DNA of 64,000 bases from Eukaryota sp. TZLM1-RC (taxonomy: Eukaryota; Protista; Metamonada: BaSk clade), in assembly GCA_040285825.1 (NCBI GenBank), contig JAUPSS010000002.1, forward strand, positions 2,914,001 through 2,978,000, given 5' to 3'. A program made the translations under genes and the position numbers. This document shows positions 11,917 to 22,420 of the stretch, one piece after another. Below the pieces are notes generated by a model. The model was not told where the DNA came from, did not search any database, and saw only the letters and a list, made by a program, of their open reading frames with translations. Every line of letters starts with the position of its first letter. Within the stretch, counting starts at the first letter, position 1.

Positions 11917-12882
11917 CTATCGTTTATTTCTATTTTTATTCTTCGATCCGTGAATAACCTTTGGCTTAAACTTATACCTTATGATTCCCGGAGCAGCCTC
12001 CATACCACCATGTTTCCCTCTCCTCTCCTCTTTCTCCTCTCCTATCCTTCCCTTCTTAGCCTTAGCCAATCTCTGCTTTGAGGCAGCAACATTCTTCCTT
12101 CTCTGTTGCTGTTCCTTGCTTAAACACTTGGAAACTCTGATATTCCTGTTCAGTACTTTAGAGCCATCCAATTTCAGTGCAGGCAAAGTACTAGCTTCAT
12201 CATAAAAATGAATAAAAGCTGTTCCAATACACTCAGTAGAATCTTTGTTTCTACAAACCCTGACATCTCTGACTTTGCCTGCGTTGGAGAACAACCTAAA
12301 CAAAGACTCTTCGTCAGTTTGAGGAGAGAGATTTCCTACAAAAACAGCCTTTTTAGGTTCTAGGGACAGATCAAGACTTTCAGGATGTACAAATAAAGTA
12401 TGATCACGTGATACGGTCAAATGTAAACGTGTGCAACAAGAGTCAGCGTCCTGTTCATTTAGGAATTCTAAATAACAATGCATGGAGCTACGATTCTCAG
12501 CTAGGCTGTTGTTACGAATAGCTACCTTCTTGGGGAGCAAAACTTCTGATTTTGCACCCTCTTTTACCTTGGTTCGATTGACTGGGACGGATCTGAAGCG
12601 CATGGAATGAGGCTTGACGGGACATAACTTAAGGATGTCCTTTTTGGTAAGAGAAATGGGAACATTCTTTATGATGACAGTAAAGGTTTTGATTTTGGGT
12701 TTTGAGGGTGTACTGGTTTTCTCAGGGACGGGTTCTGAAGGAACGTCTTCTTCTTCAGAGTGGGCTGATTGATCTTGTTTAATTGATAATGAAGACTGTA
12801 TCACTGGGGGTACAGTGACAGAGACGGGACAGGGAGCATCAAAAAGAGAAGAGTTTTGTTCACTATCAGACGAATCAGACAT
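11917..12882 (-). CDS. RBM34: Two-RRM nucleolar protein, RBM34/Nop12-like
   Basis: RRM1 with the SMRFRSVP insertion typical of Nop12/RBM34; RRM2 AVFVGNL..VRDVRVCR..GTAFIHF; basic tail. Confidence 0.8.
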   Translation of the reverse strand: MSDSSDSEQNSSLFDAPCPVSVTVPPVIQSSLSIKQDQSAHSEEEDVPSEPVPEKTSTPSKPKIKTFTVIIKNVPISLTKKDILKLCPVKPHSMRFRSVPVNRTKVKEGAKSEVLLPKKVAIRNNSLAENRSSMHCYLEFLNEQDADSCCTRLHLTVSRDHTLFVHPESLDLSLEPKKAVFVGNLSPQTDEESLFRLFSNAGKVRDVRVCRNKDSTECIGTAFIHFYDEASTLPALKLDGSKVLNRNIRVSKCLSKEQQQRRKNVAASKQRLAKAKKGRIGEEKEERRGKHGGMEAAPGIIRYKFKPKVIHGSKNKNRNKR

Positions 12883-13256
12883 TGGCTACTAGTACTGAGA
12901 CAGTTAAAAGATTTGGACAATCGAAATTAGTAATTGCAATTTATTGAATTTAATTGTATCTTCTATCATTTCAAGATGATACGTTTGAACAAAGGGTGAA
13001 TAGTGTGTGAACGTCAATATGGATTCAAAACAACTAAACCTGTCTTCATGACGCTTATCAATTATAGAAAACTGACTATATTGTTTGATATTAATGAAGT
13101 GAACGTTTGATACATTAATAGGTCGCCGGATAAACCATTCGAACGTCTTAAGTGATCCAAAATGGGGGACCGAACTAATTGGATAAATCCAACTTTGGTA
13201 TAAATGAAACTCAGTTTTTGTACAAAGGACACTTATTTTATTGTGTGATGCTCAAA

Positions 13257-15069
13257 ATGCGCTCACTTCTCGTTGCTTTTGCGATCTTTTCAGTAGCTCT
13301 TGCTACCACTAACTATGCAACTGTCATCCAAAAAGGACGTACTTTGGATGATCTTGTTGTTGTGGATAAACTTATAGAACAACCAAACTCTGTTTGTTTT
13401 GGCTTATATGACGATACTCTCACCAATGATGGCTTTGCCAAACTCAGAATCTCGTGTGATCACAAATTTCCTTCAGACATCCAGTTTTACTCCACTGGTT
13501 TGATCGAAGGCTTCCTTATGCAATACGACATTGCACGTGGTTTCAACAACACAGGAAAAGATATCCCTCTTAAAGGACCCAAGTTTGATAAACTTCTCAC
13601 CGTCCTTGAAGAGCATGACTCATTTGTCAAGCAAACTGAAATCCATCCCCATCTCAAGACAACCATCCTCAACTTACACCTTCTCATTGACGGTTTAACC
13701 CAAGGGTTTGCTGCCAAATGTGCCCTTTCCCCATCCAAGGAGGGATGCTGGTTGACCAAAGACCACCTCCTGTTGCTCAATGCCTGGGGTGATCTCTCTG
13801 ATCTCTGGCCTTCGCTCTTCCCCGAAACTCAGCTATCCTGGCACAAAATGGTTAATGAAGCCAGCGATCCCATCACCAGATGTTCAGCCCTTCTCTACAA
13901 AACCAAGGATTGGGTTGCTATCTCTCACAACACTTGGGACATGTTTAGTTCTATGTTGAGGACGATGAAGAGGTATGAGCTCTCTATTGATGGTAAACGA
14001 ACAGTGTGTTTGAGTTTTTGTTGAAGTGTGTGTGCAAGGTTTTTGGTGGTTGGTTTATTTCAAATTTAACCAATTTTAAATCTTATTTAATAGGAAATAA
14101 TGTTGTTTTTGACAAGATCATTTCAAACAAACCACCAACCTTTATCTCACTTCTTTCTCTCTTCATTTTCTTCTTCCTCACTAACCCCAGGCAGTTGAAT
14201 TCTCTTCCCAACCAGGCACAGTCTGGTCATACGATGATTGGTATGTTAACCCTCAAACTGAGATGACAATTACGGAAACCACCAACAATCTTTATAACAC
14301 TTCTTTGTACAAAATTATGACTCCTAGGAGCCTATTCACCTGGGAGAGAGCCATGGCTGGATCAATGATAAGCGAAAGTAGTAGAGAATTCGTTGAACAT
14401 TTCGTTACATTACAATCTGGAACTTATAATTGTCAATTTATGGCTTTTGATGAGAAGAAGATTCGTAACTACAATGGTGAATTACCAGCTGAAACCTTTG
14501 TAATTGTCGAGTTAATGCCAGGTGTCACTAGAGCTCAAGATATGAGTAGTGTTGTCAATCGTCAAGGTTTTTGGTCTTCCTTTAACATTCCTTTTTTCAA
14601 GGATGTTTACCAAGCGTCTGGTTATGGTGATAAAGCTAAAGAACATGGTGACTCTTTTGTTTGGGCAAAGGCTCCTCGGAAACTGATTTTTGATCGAGAG
14701 GTCAAAAACATTCAATCATTTGATGATATGAAACGTGTCATGCGTTATAATAAATACAAGACCGACCCACTCATGAAGGGAGACCCTGGTTTTGGGATTT
14801 CTGCAAGGTATGATTTGAGAAGTGATTCTCCCAAATGCTTTGGTGCTATTGACTGCAAGATTCGCAAGCTTGGTGTTCCTGGACATTATGGATCACATCG
14901 CTTACCTACTGAAAATTTGCCTTTTGGAGGTTTTGAGTTCATTGCTGGACCTACTTATGAAGGTGATGCTGAGGTTTTGGTGTATAGCGAATCTCTGCCA
15001 TGTAGAGGAGTTTCATTTGAATCTGTACTTGATAGGTTTGATTTTGAATGGTCTCGTTGGTTGTTTTAA
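13257..15069 (+). CDS. Phospholipase B-like (PLBD/Laminin-A Ntn hydrolase) secreted or lysosomal protein; one 187-nt intron at 14004-14190
   Basis: Signal peptide MRSLLVAFAIFSVALA, RCSALL nucleophile, SHNTW; the splice restores FSSQPG..SYDDWY and TETTN; also SGTYNCQFM, SFNIPFF, ISARYDL, GAIDCK. Confidence 0.92.
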
Positions 15070-15599
15070 AAGTTTTAAATTGATTTTGTTATAAATATAT
15101 GTTTTCAGCTGTTTTTTTGGCAGCTTGGTGTCAGCAATCAATTGCATTGTTTATCCTTCAACAATATTATAAAATTTATTATTCTTCAACAATATTATAA
15201 TAATTTATAATAATTTCCTGATTGGTTTAGCTTATTTTTGCTTTCAGACGTCACTCTTGTGATCAGCCGCACTTTTTGCCATTCCAATAATCAAGGATAA
15301 CAACATGATGCTAGTCCAATATAAATGTTGATAACAGAAAATTTGTGAAAAAATATGCATCAACATTGCTTTAAAGAAATAGCAGCGCCATTATATTACA
15401 CAATTTTTCTTCCTTTATAATTGAAAAATTTGTACATTTTGTTTGTTGTTGATTTGGATATTTGGGCTAACAACATTATCTTGTTGATCATCAAAAGTAG
15501 TCAAGAGTGATTACATATACAGAAAATATATTTTCTTGCGTCATGATTCCATTACACTTTCACTCTTAATAGGACTCTCACCTTCAATGAGACCAATTC

Positions 15600-16135
15600 A
15601 TTTAACACAGACTTCCTCCACAAAATCCTGCTCTGCTTTTTTTTCGCCATTGCTTCTGTTATTCATCAAAGCTGAATTAATTTATCAATTACAACAAAAT
15701 TGATTTATGATCGTCATAAAAAGATATCCAATCTCTTCATTGTGTTTCCTTGGAAATCATTCAAATAATTTCCTGTTTCTGCTGATACTCTTCCGATTAT
15801 CGAAAATGGGAAAGCAATAAAAACCAAGTGGTCTGTTTCTATCAGCATTAGCTTCTTTGATATCTTTGTCATATTTTCTATGTGTTTTTAGCTCGATATT
15901 CAAGAGCTTTTACAGGATTAATTTTTCTTCTTTGAACCAAAGTATAATTACAGGAGCAAAAACCAACAACAGCTTTAGAGTTGTCATCAGAACCAAACTT
16001 GTTTAATGACAATGTCTCTCTAGGTAATGGCTCTTTATTACATTAGTTTCTTGAATTTGATACCATATTAAAACCAGTGTACCTGAGGATCATTTAATGA
16101 CGAACAATAGATTATCAATTTGGGACAGTTTAATT
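15600..16135 (-). mobile_element. Old degenerate family-B-related non-LTR fragment
   Basis: Recognisable but heavily mutated similarity to 8760-9406 (e.g. GAAAATGGGAAAGCAATAAAAAC, TCATCAGAACCAAA). Confidence 0.7.
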
Positions 16136-16749
16136 AGAGACTTTAAGAGTTTCAATAAACCAACTGGTTGCTGAATTATCCATCAATTCGGTAAATTCTT
16201 CTGGTTGTGCCTTTACACATTGAATAAATTGGATAATAATTATCAGTCGCACAAATTGCTCAATTTGTGGATTATTGAAGATTTTCTCGTGTTTACTGAA
16301 AAATTGACACTATTTGCCATATTTTCAGAAATATTTCCAGGAATTAATACAGAATCTTTTTTGTATAATTGGAAGATAATACAAACCAAAGGCAATTTCG
16401 TCCTATACTATATTAGGACCCTCACTAGTGAGATACCTAATCGGAAATCAAAAGAATTGATTTCTATTGCATCTGAATTCCACTGAAAATCAGAACACAC
16501 CAAAGCAGCAAATACCAGAGCTACCTTGCCACGTGAGCAATCGTTTTCAGTCTCTAGTAGTCCATAGACCCTGACTACTCCCTATTTGACCCACCGTAAA
16601 GACTGTGGCTCAGATAAAGAAATTGAACCCTAACAAAGATATGAGTCAAAGATTTAGTATCGGAGTTAGGCAATAAGAAGAATTTATTGACTTTCAACAT
16701 GTTGGAATTAAAAATTGGAAAAACATTGAAACTACAACATGACTCGGAA

Positions 16750-17213
16750 TGCCATATTACCTGGTCTGGAAGAAACCTTCATTTTAGTGGACACAGTGTC
16801 TACTGATCCTTGTAATTCCTCAAGTGAAAGGCTTGCTAATTGTGAAGTTCATGCTGAAAATTTCAAAATTATAAATTAAAGTGAACCTTTGTCCAAGTTG
16901 TGCACCCAATAGCATGCAAAATACAATTTGTATACATTTGTGTTCTCTTTATTTGGTTCACTTGCTCCCACGACTATACGCTCTTTTGGCAGATTTTGAA
17001 ATGTTTGTGAAAAAAAGACCAATTGAACTTTTAAAATTGTTTTGGCAAAATAGAATTGTGTTTTCTATTTTTAAGGGGATGTTGAAGATGGTTTCTGATG
17101 CTTTCTCTTGAATCTAACCATGAAAAGGTTGCATCTGGTTGTTTTGTTTTGGCAGAGATGGACTATTTAGATGTGGATTTATAGGTTTTTGATAAATACA
17201 TATTATTAAAAAA
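16750..17213 (+). mobile_element. Degenerate family-C non-LTR 3' fragment
   Basis: Encodes FWQNRIVFSIFKGMLKMVSDA and ends ..YLDVDL, like 24786-26087; flanked by an imperfect ACAT(G)ACTCGGAA duplication. Confidence 0.8.
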
Positions 17214-18755
17214 ACATACTCGGAAATTAGACCACTATGCTTGGTAGACAAATCAAAACTCCATGTTGCATGCCTACAACAGAATTAGTTGATGCAAGAA
17301 ATCCCACGACTTGCTGTGACTTTTCCTCATCCAATACGTCTAAAAAATCTCCGGGAAAAAACGGTATGATATGATTAATTTCAAGACAATAATAGAACTC
17401 AAACGGAAGGTGGTTGTAATTGTGTCAAACAGGTTGATGGAAACTGATTGATAGTTTGTGCTTGTTAAAGCCGTTTCTATTTTAAATAAATCAAATTGAA
17501 TTAAATAATTGGCTAGTTGAAATGCACACACCAATGTAGAACTACTTTACACTTGTTATTATACTAATAAGCAAAACTGGTATTGCAAACAATAGAAATC
17601 CATTTGGTGATTTTGAGTTAGTGCGACACATTACTCTTCCTCAATTCTATGATATCTGTCTCATTTGATGGTATTGAACCTAAAGCCAAATTAATTCCAC
17701 TGATGCTATTCGGCATCTAAATTTGTTTTTAGACAATAATGATGAAATCACCTCAAATTTGTTTGATGAGATCTTAAACAATTGACTAGATAAAGAAAAA
17801 GATTGGAGAGAACAATTTGTTGCTAAAACCGATATTCTTGAAAATCCAGACTGTTGCCGTTAGGCATTGTGCTAGCTGTATGTATGGGTTAGTGTGTTAG
17901 TTAAGGCGGGTTAAGATAAAGACAATTTTATTTAATGTTATTCAGTATACTTAGGTACTCACTAGTGAGGTACCTACAAGACCTGAATTGTCACATCAAT
18001 TTATTTTTATTGTTTTTTAATTGAACTAATTTTTCCTATTAACAATCAACGTGAGCTTCCAACATTTTTGAGTCACCACCCATGAAGTGTTGCTATCATT
18101 CTACTCTATCAGACAACCATATACGAGATTCTCTAGCAGAAAAATTGCGGTAGGAGCATTTGAGAGCTTGAAATGTCAGTGCATTTTGGGTTAATTGTAG
18201 ACTTTGGAACGAGCAATCATTTCATCATCAAATAGCAGTTTTTTTGCTGAAATTTTTGAGATCAACAAAAAAGGAATTTGTCGTGAATAATGCATTTTAT
18301 TTACCCAGAGTCTAGATACTTTAATTGTTTGTTTTGTTTCGATTTATTTACCAAAGAGTTATCCAAATTCCAGTTTAACAACGTATTTGGAACTGATATC
18401 GAAACTACACACTAATGATCTCAAACTTTATTCTTCAAACAGTTTTGGAACAGAGAAACGTAGATTGGTATTTTTATTTAAGTTTTACATATTTCATCTT
18501 GAACTGTTCATAGCCTTCGTATTTATGAAAAGCTAATGCTTACGGTCTGTCAGACTTTAAAAGGGACAAAGAACAAAAGTTGGGTGGTCTAGTAATTAAA
18601 TTGTCTCTTTGGTATCATCAAAGACTAGGATTTGGCAAAAATCAGAGTAGAATCTTCGCAAACAAAGTCTGATTTTTGTTTTAGTATCTGGATAAGAGGT
18701 TCCGCTCTTTGGTGAATATTGGTTTCAATGCAAAGTAATAAAACTTGTACAGAGT

Positions 18756-20021
18756 TTATTTCAAACAAATCAACTTTTGAAACATCCAATTGAGATCCAT
18801 GAGACCGTCCATCCCCTTCATAAATACCAGCCATCCTTCATGAAGAAACGGTTGTCGCCACAATCCATGAAGATCGAGTCCATTCTCAAGCCTCAACACA
18901 CATGATTCACAAAACATTGTATGTGAAACATTATGAGTACATGTAGAAAATCGAAGATCAATGTAGCGAATATGGTTTGATATGGACCTTGAAACGAAGC
19001 TTGGCAGCACTGCACAATTGTAGAGGTAAAGTTCTTTTAGGTAGGGCAATGAAAAACCTACACAATCCCGTAGATCGCTTCCTTCTAGCCTCAACACTCT
19101 CAACATTCGTGGTAGGCAAGACGGGAAAAACTCATCATCCAGAACACTTGTTACGAATTGAAGAGACAACATTTCCAGTGTTGAAGGTAATACTAAAGAT
19201 GTATACTGGTCATAATCATAAATACGTAAAGCAGTAATTTTCAGGGCAGATAGATCCAATAAAGAATCATCAAAATCTAGACAAGAAAAAGCTAGTGATT
19301 TGAGACTCGAAGGTCGATTGTTTGATAGTTTGTGTAAAGAAGAGTGGTCTATGCCAGATAATAGTGACAAGTGAACTGTATTTGAAGGGCTAAAGAGTTC
19401 AATATCATTATAATTATTCAACAAAAGTCCAAAAAATTGGGGAAATAGAGCAAGATTTATTGGACCATCATAATTGGAAAAATTAAACTCAACAAATCGA
19501 TTTGAGGGTAAAAGAGTTTTATGGAAAAAATCTTGGGGACTGATATCGACAACATTAAAAACAATGTATCTGTTGTGTACTGTTAACAGATCAGAAATTT
19601 TTGAAAGTTGTAGCGAAGATGAAATAGTAAGGTTCACTTTGAAAGAGTGGGAGAAGAGACTTGACGAAGGAGGTATTGTGAAATGTTTGAAGTACAATGT
19701 ACAAGAAGGAATGACTGTGTTTAAAAGATTAACAATATCAGTAGGGAGATGCTGATCTTCAAGATCGAGTAAGATGAACTTCACCAGAGAAGACCTCCAT
19801 AAAGAAGTAAATTGAGGAGCCAAAATAAATCGAAGTAGATCAAGACTATTGGGAATGTATAAGTGAGGACTGTAACGGATTGATGTATGTAGACATGACT
19901 TGAATGACGACGATACAGATCGTATACGAAGCAGTGTTAGCACATTTGATCTAAGAAAGACTACTGTCCAAAGAGTGTTGTTCAACATAAACTGCAGATT
20001 ATTTCTGTTACTCATTCTCAT
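18756..20021 (-). CDS. Leucine-rich-repeat protein with possible F-box-like N-terminus
   Basis: LxxLxL repeats (PSSLKSLAF, LPSTLEMLSL, LPRMLRVLRL, LPYLKELYL); N-terminal LLRIRSVSSSF resembles an F-box helix. Start codon uncertain. Confidence 0.6.
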   Translation of the reverse strand: MRMSNRNNLQFMLNNTLWTVVFLRSNVLTLLRIRSVSSSFKSCLHTSIRYSPHLYIPNSLDLLRFILAPQFTSLWRSSLVKFILLDLEDQHLPTDIVNLLNTVIPSCTLYFKHFTIPPSSSLFSHSFKVNLTISSSLQLSKISDLLTVHNRYIVFNVVDISPQDFFHKTLLPSNRFVEFNFSNYDGPINLALFPQFFGLLLNNYNDIELFSPSNTVHLSLLSGIDHSSLHKLSNNRPSSLKSLAFSCLDFDDSLLDLSALKITALRIYDYDQYTSLVLPSTLEMLSLQFVTSVLDDEFFPSCLPRMLRVLRLEGSDLRDCVGFSLPYLKELYLYNCAVLPSFVSRSISNHIRYIDLRFSTCTHNVSHTMFCESCVLRLENGLDLHGLWRQPFLHEGWLVFMKGMDGLMDLNWMFQKLICLK

Positions 20022-20759
20022 TAAGAACCGTAGTCATCAGACATGTTTCATTCCACCTTTCTGCTGTCAGTCATGCTTTCGGATAAATTCATTTCACTGA
20101 AGCATCAAAGTGACCAGTGAAGTACATTTTTTGATTCAAAGCTCGAGCCTTGATAACCAGAGTAGTTATCGTGAGAGGTTTTATTCATTGTTTTCTTTAC
20201 AATTGGACATAGGGAAAGAGAAACGCGATTGACCATTTGAAAAACCTTCCAAAATAATAAGAATACCAAAAGAAATAAACAATCAATAAAGGCACACATT
20301 TTTGTTGCTCAACCATAAAACAAAATAAATACAAATATTTGACGACAATAATTCATTAATGGTGTTCAAACATGTTTAGGATGGTATAACAATGAATTTA
20401 GGATTCCACCGTTGAATTTGAAAAATGACACTGACAAACTTTCTTTTAGTGAAAATTACTGGATCTGATTGGGAATAAATGATTCTTTGATGATAGCAGA
20501 CCCAGGGATGTTCAAAATGAAGAACTTGCACTGCCTAATTAATCACCATTTCCTAGAGATCAAGAGGCCACAGCTATCAAGTATACTGTAAAAAAATAGT
20601 AATTTGAATATTTAATCACCACTGTTACTTGAGTCCTTTTGATTTCTCCATATATGCAAACTTGAGTAGAATTGCTTTAACTTTTTCATCTATTGAATAA
20701 TTTTCTACAATTGTTAAAAATCAGAAGGGCACGAATTGGCAATTTCTGATAGTCAATAT

Positions 20760-21688
20760 TTAAACCAACATTTATTGAACATGCACACTTAATTAAATTA
20801 ATTCATAACTAATGGGACAAATACCATTGAACCAAGATCTCCTCTATATAATCTTGATCTGCTTGCTGTTTAGCAAAAGCTTTTCTTATTCGATTGAAAA
20901 ATCGAGGTAATCTATTAACAATGGCAAATTGAATCCGAGAACGCCATAAAAAAATATCAAATCTTTTCATTGTTTTTTCTTGAACCATTTTTTGGAAGTC
21001 ATTCAAAAAAAATTCTGCTTCAACTGATAATCTTCCGTTTATCGAAAATGGGAAAGCGATAAAAACTAGCTATGTATTTCTACCAGTATTAGCTACTTCA
21101 ATATCTTTATCATATCTTCTATGTTTTTCTTTTGCTTTAAAATCAGGAGCACTTACAGGATTAAGTTTTCTTCTGTGAACCAAAGTATCGTTTGCAACAT
21201 TACATGAGAGAGACAAAGTCAACAATAGCTTCAGAGTTATCAATCCAATCACAGTATACATCACCTCTATCATCAGAACCAAAATTATTCAGAGAAAATG
21301 TTTCCTTCAGCATAGGCTCTTGGATACACGATATTCTTGCAGTTTGTGCCATATTCAAAACAGTGTCTCTAACAGCATCATGTAATGAAGAACGATAAGT
21401 TATCAATTTCGAACAATTCTAAGCATGTCGCAAAGTGAGCTGAGGTGAATTCGAACAAATACATTTTTCTTTTGATAATAATTGATTAATGGGGATATTC
21501 AAATATAATCTCATTTTTGTTACAAATGCTTCATTAGTGGCACACAATCCAAATCTTCGTGGTACAATGGTTACAAAAAGTGAAGAATCTGATGACTGGT
21601 TTTCACAAACACCCTTTTCCAATAACAATGAGTCAAGATCTTGATTTAAAACAGCCGAGCTGCATAAATTATTATAAAGATCACTATA
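20760..21688 (-). mobile_element. 5'-truncated family-B CRE-like retrotransposon with a 12-bp TSD
   Basis: Frameshifted CICS..H..C knuckle and RLE motifs; GATAGTCAATAT repeated at 20748-20759 and 21689-21700. Confidence 0.88.
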
Positions 21689-22420
21689 GATAGTCAATAT
21701 GGAATTTTGGAAAATAATATTTCAGTGTTGCAAACAATTCATCTCAAGATCATTGTTGCTGGTCAATTCTTGAATTCATAGATAGAACTGACTATTTGTA
21801 ATTTTTTCATTTGTATCGATGAGCCTATACAAACCTATTCAATCATCCTTCAATTGCGATAATGCAATGTACAATCGTGGGAGGGAATGGGTAACAACCA
21901 AAACCGTTGAAGCGACAACCATTGAGGCAGAAGCACCACTGTATAAAGACTGTTCAAGATCTAGTCTTAATCTGTTCTAGTACAGGTTACTAGGGTTTTG
22001 TTTTGCAGAAAAGCAAAAACTGCCTCCTTGACGATTAGTGACCCGGTTTGCAGAGTGTCATCAGTCACTACACGCCAATTACTGCCTGATCTGAAAATGA
22101 TGCTGAGAATGCCGTTGTCCAGCAGTTTAAAATTGTTAATTATAAGTTCCTGGTCAAAAATTTCAAGAAGCAGATTGGTCACATTAAAATCTGTAAAGTT
22201 GTGCACTTCAGTAAAGTGAATTGGGACTTCACCATCGAAGAAATTGGAAAATCATCACTTTTAAGAAAGATAACATGTTAAGTCTATTGTTAAAGAGTTA
22301 GAGTCACCAAAAGATGAAGGTGAAGTCATTGAGTTTGTGAAAGGTGAAAAATTGCATTTAGAGCGAAAATCACAATGATATTTTGTTGACCCAGATCCAA
22401 TCAATCTTCAATTCCAAACT

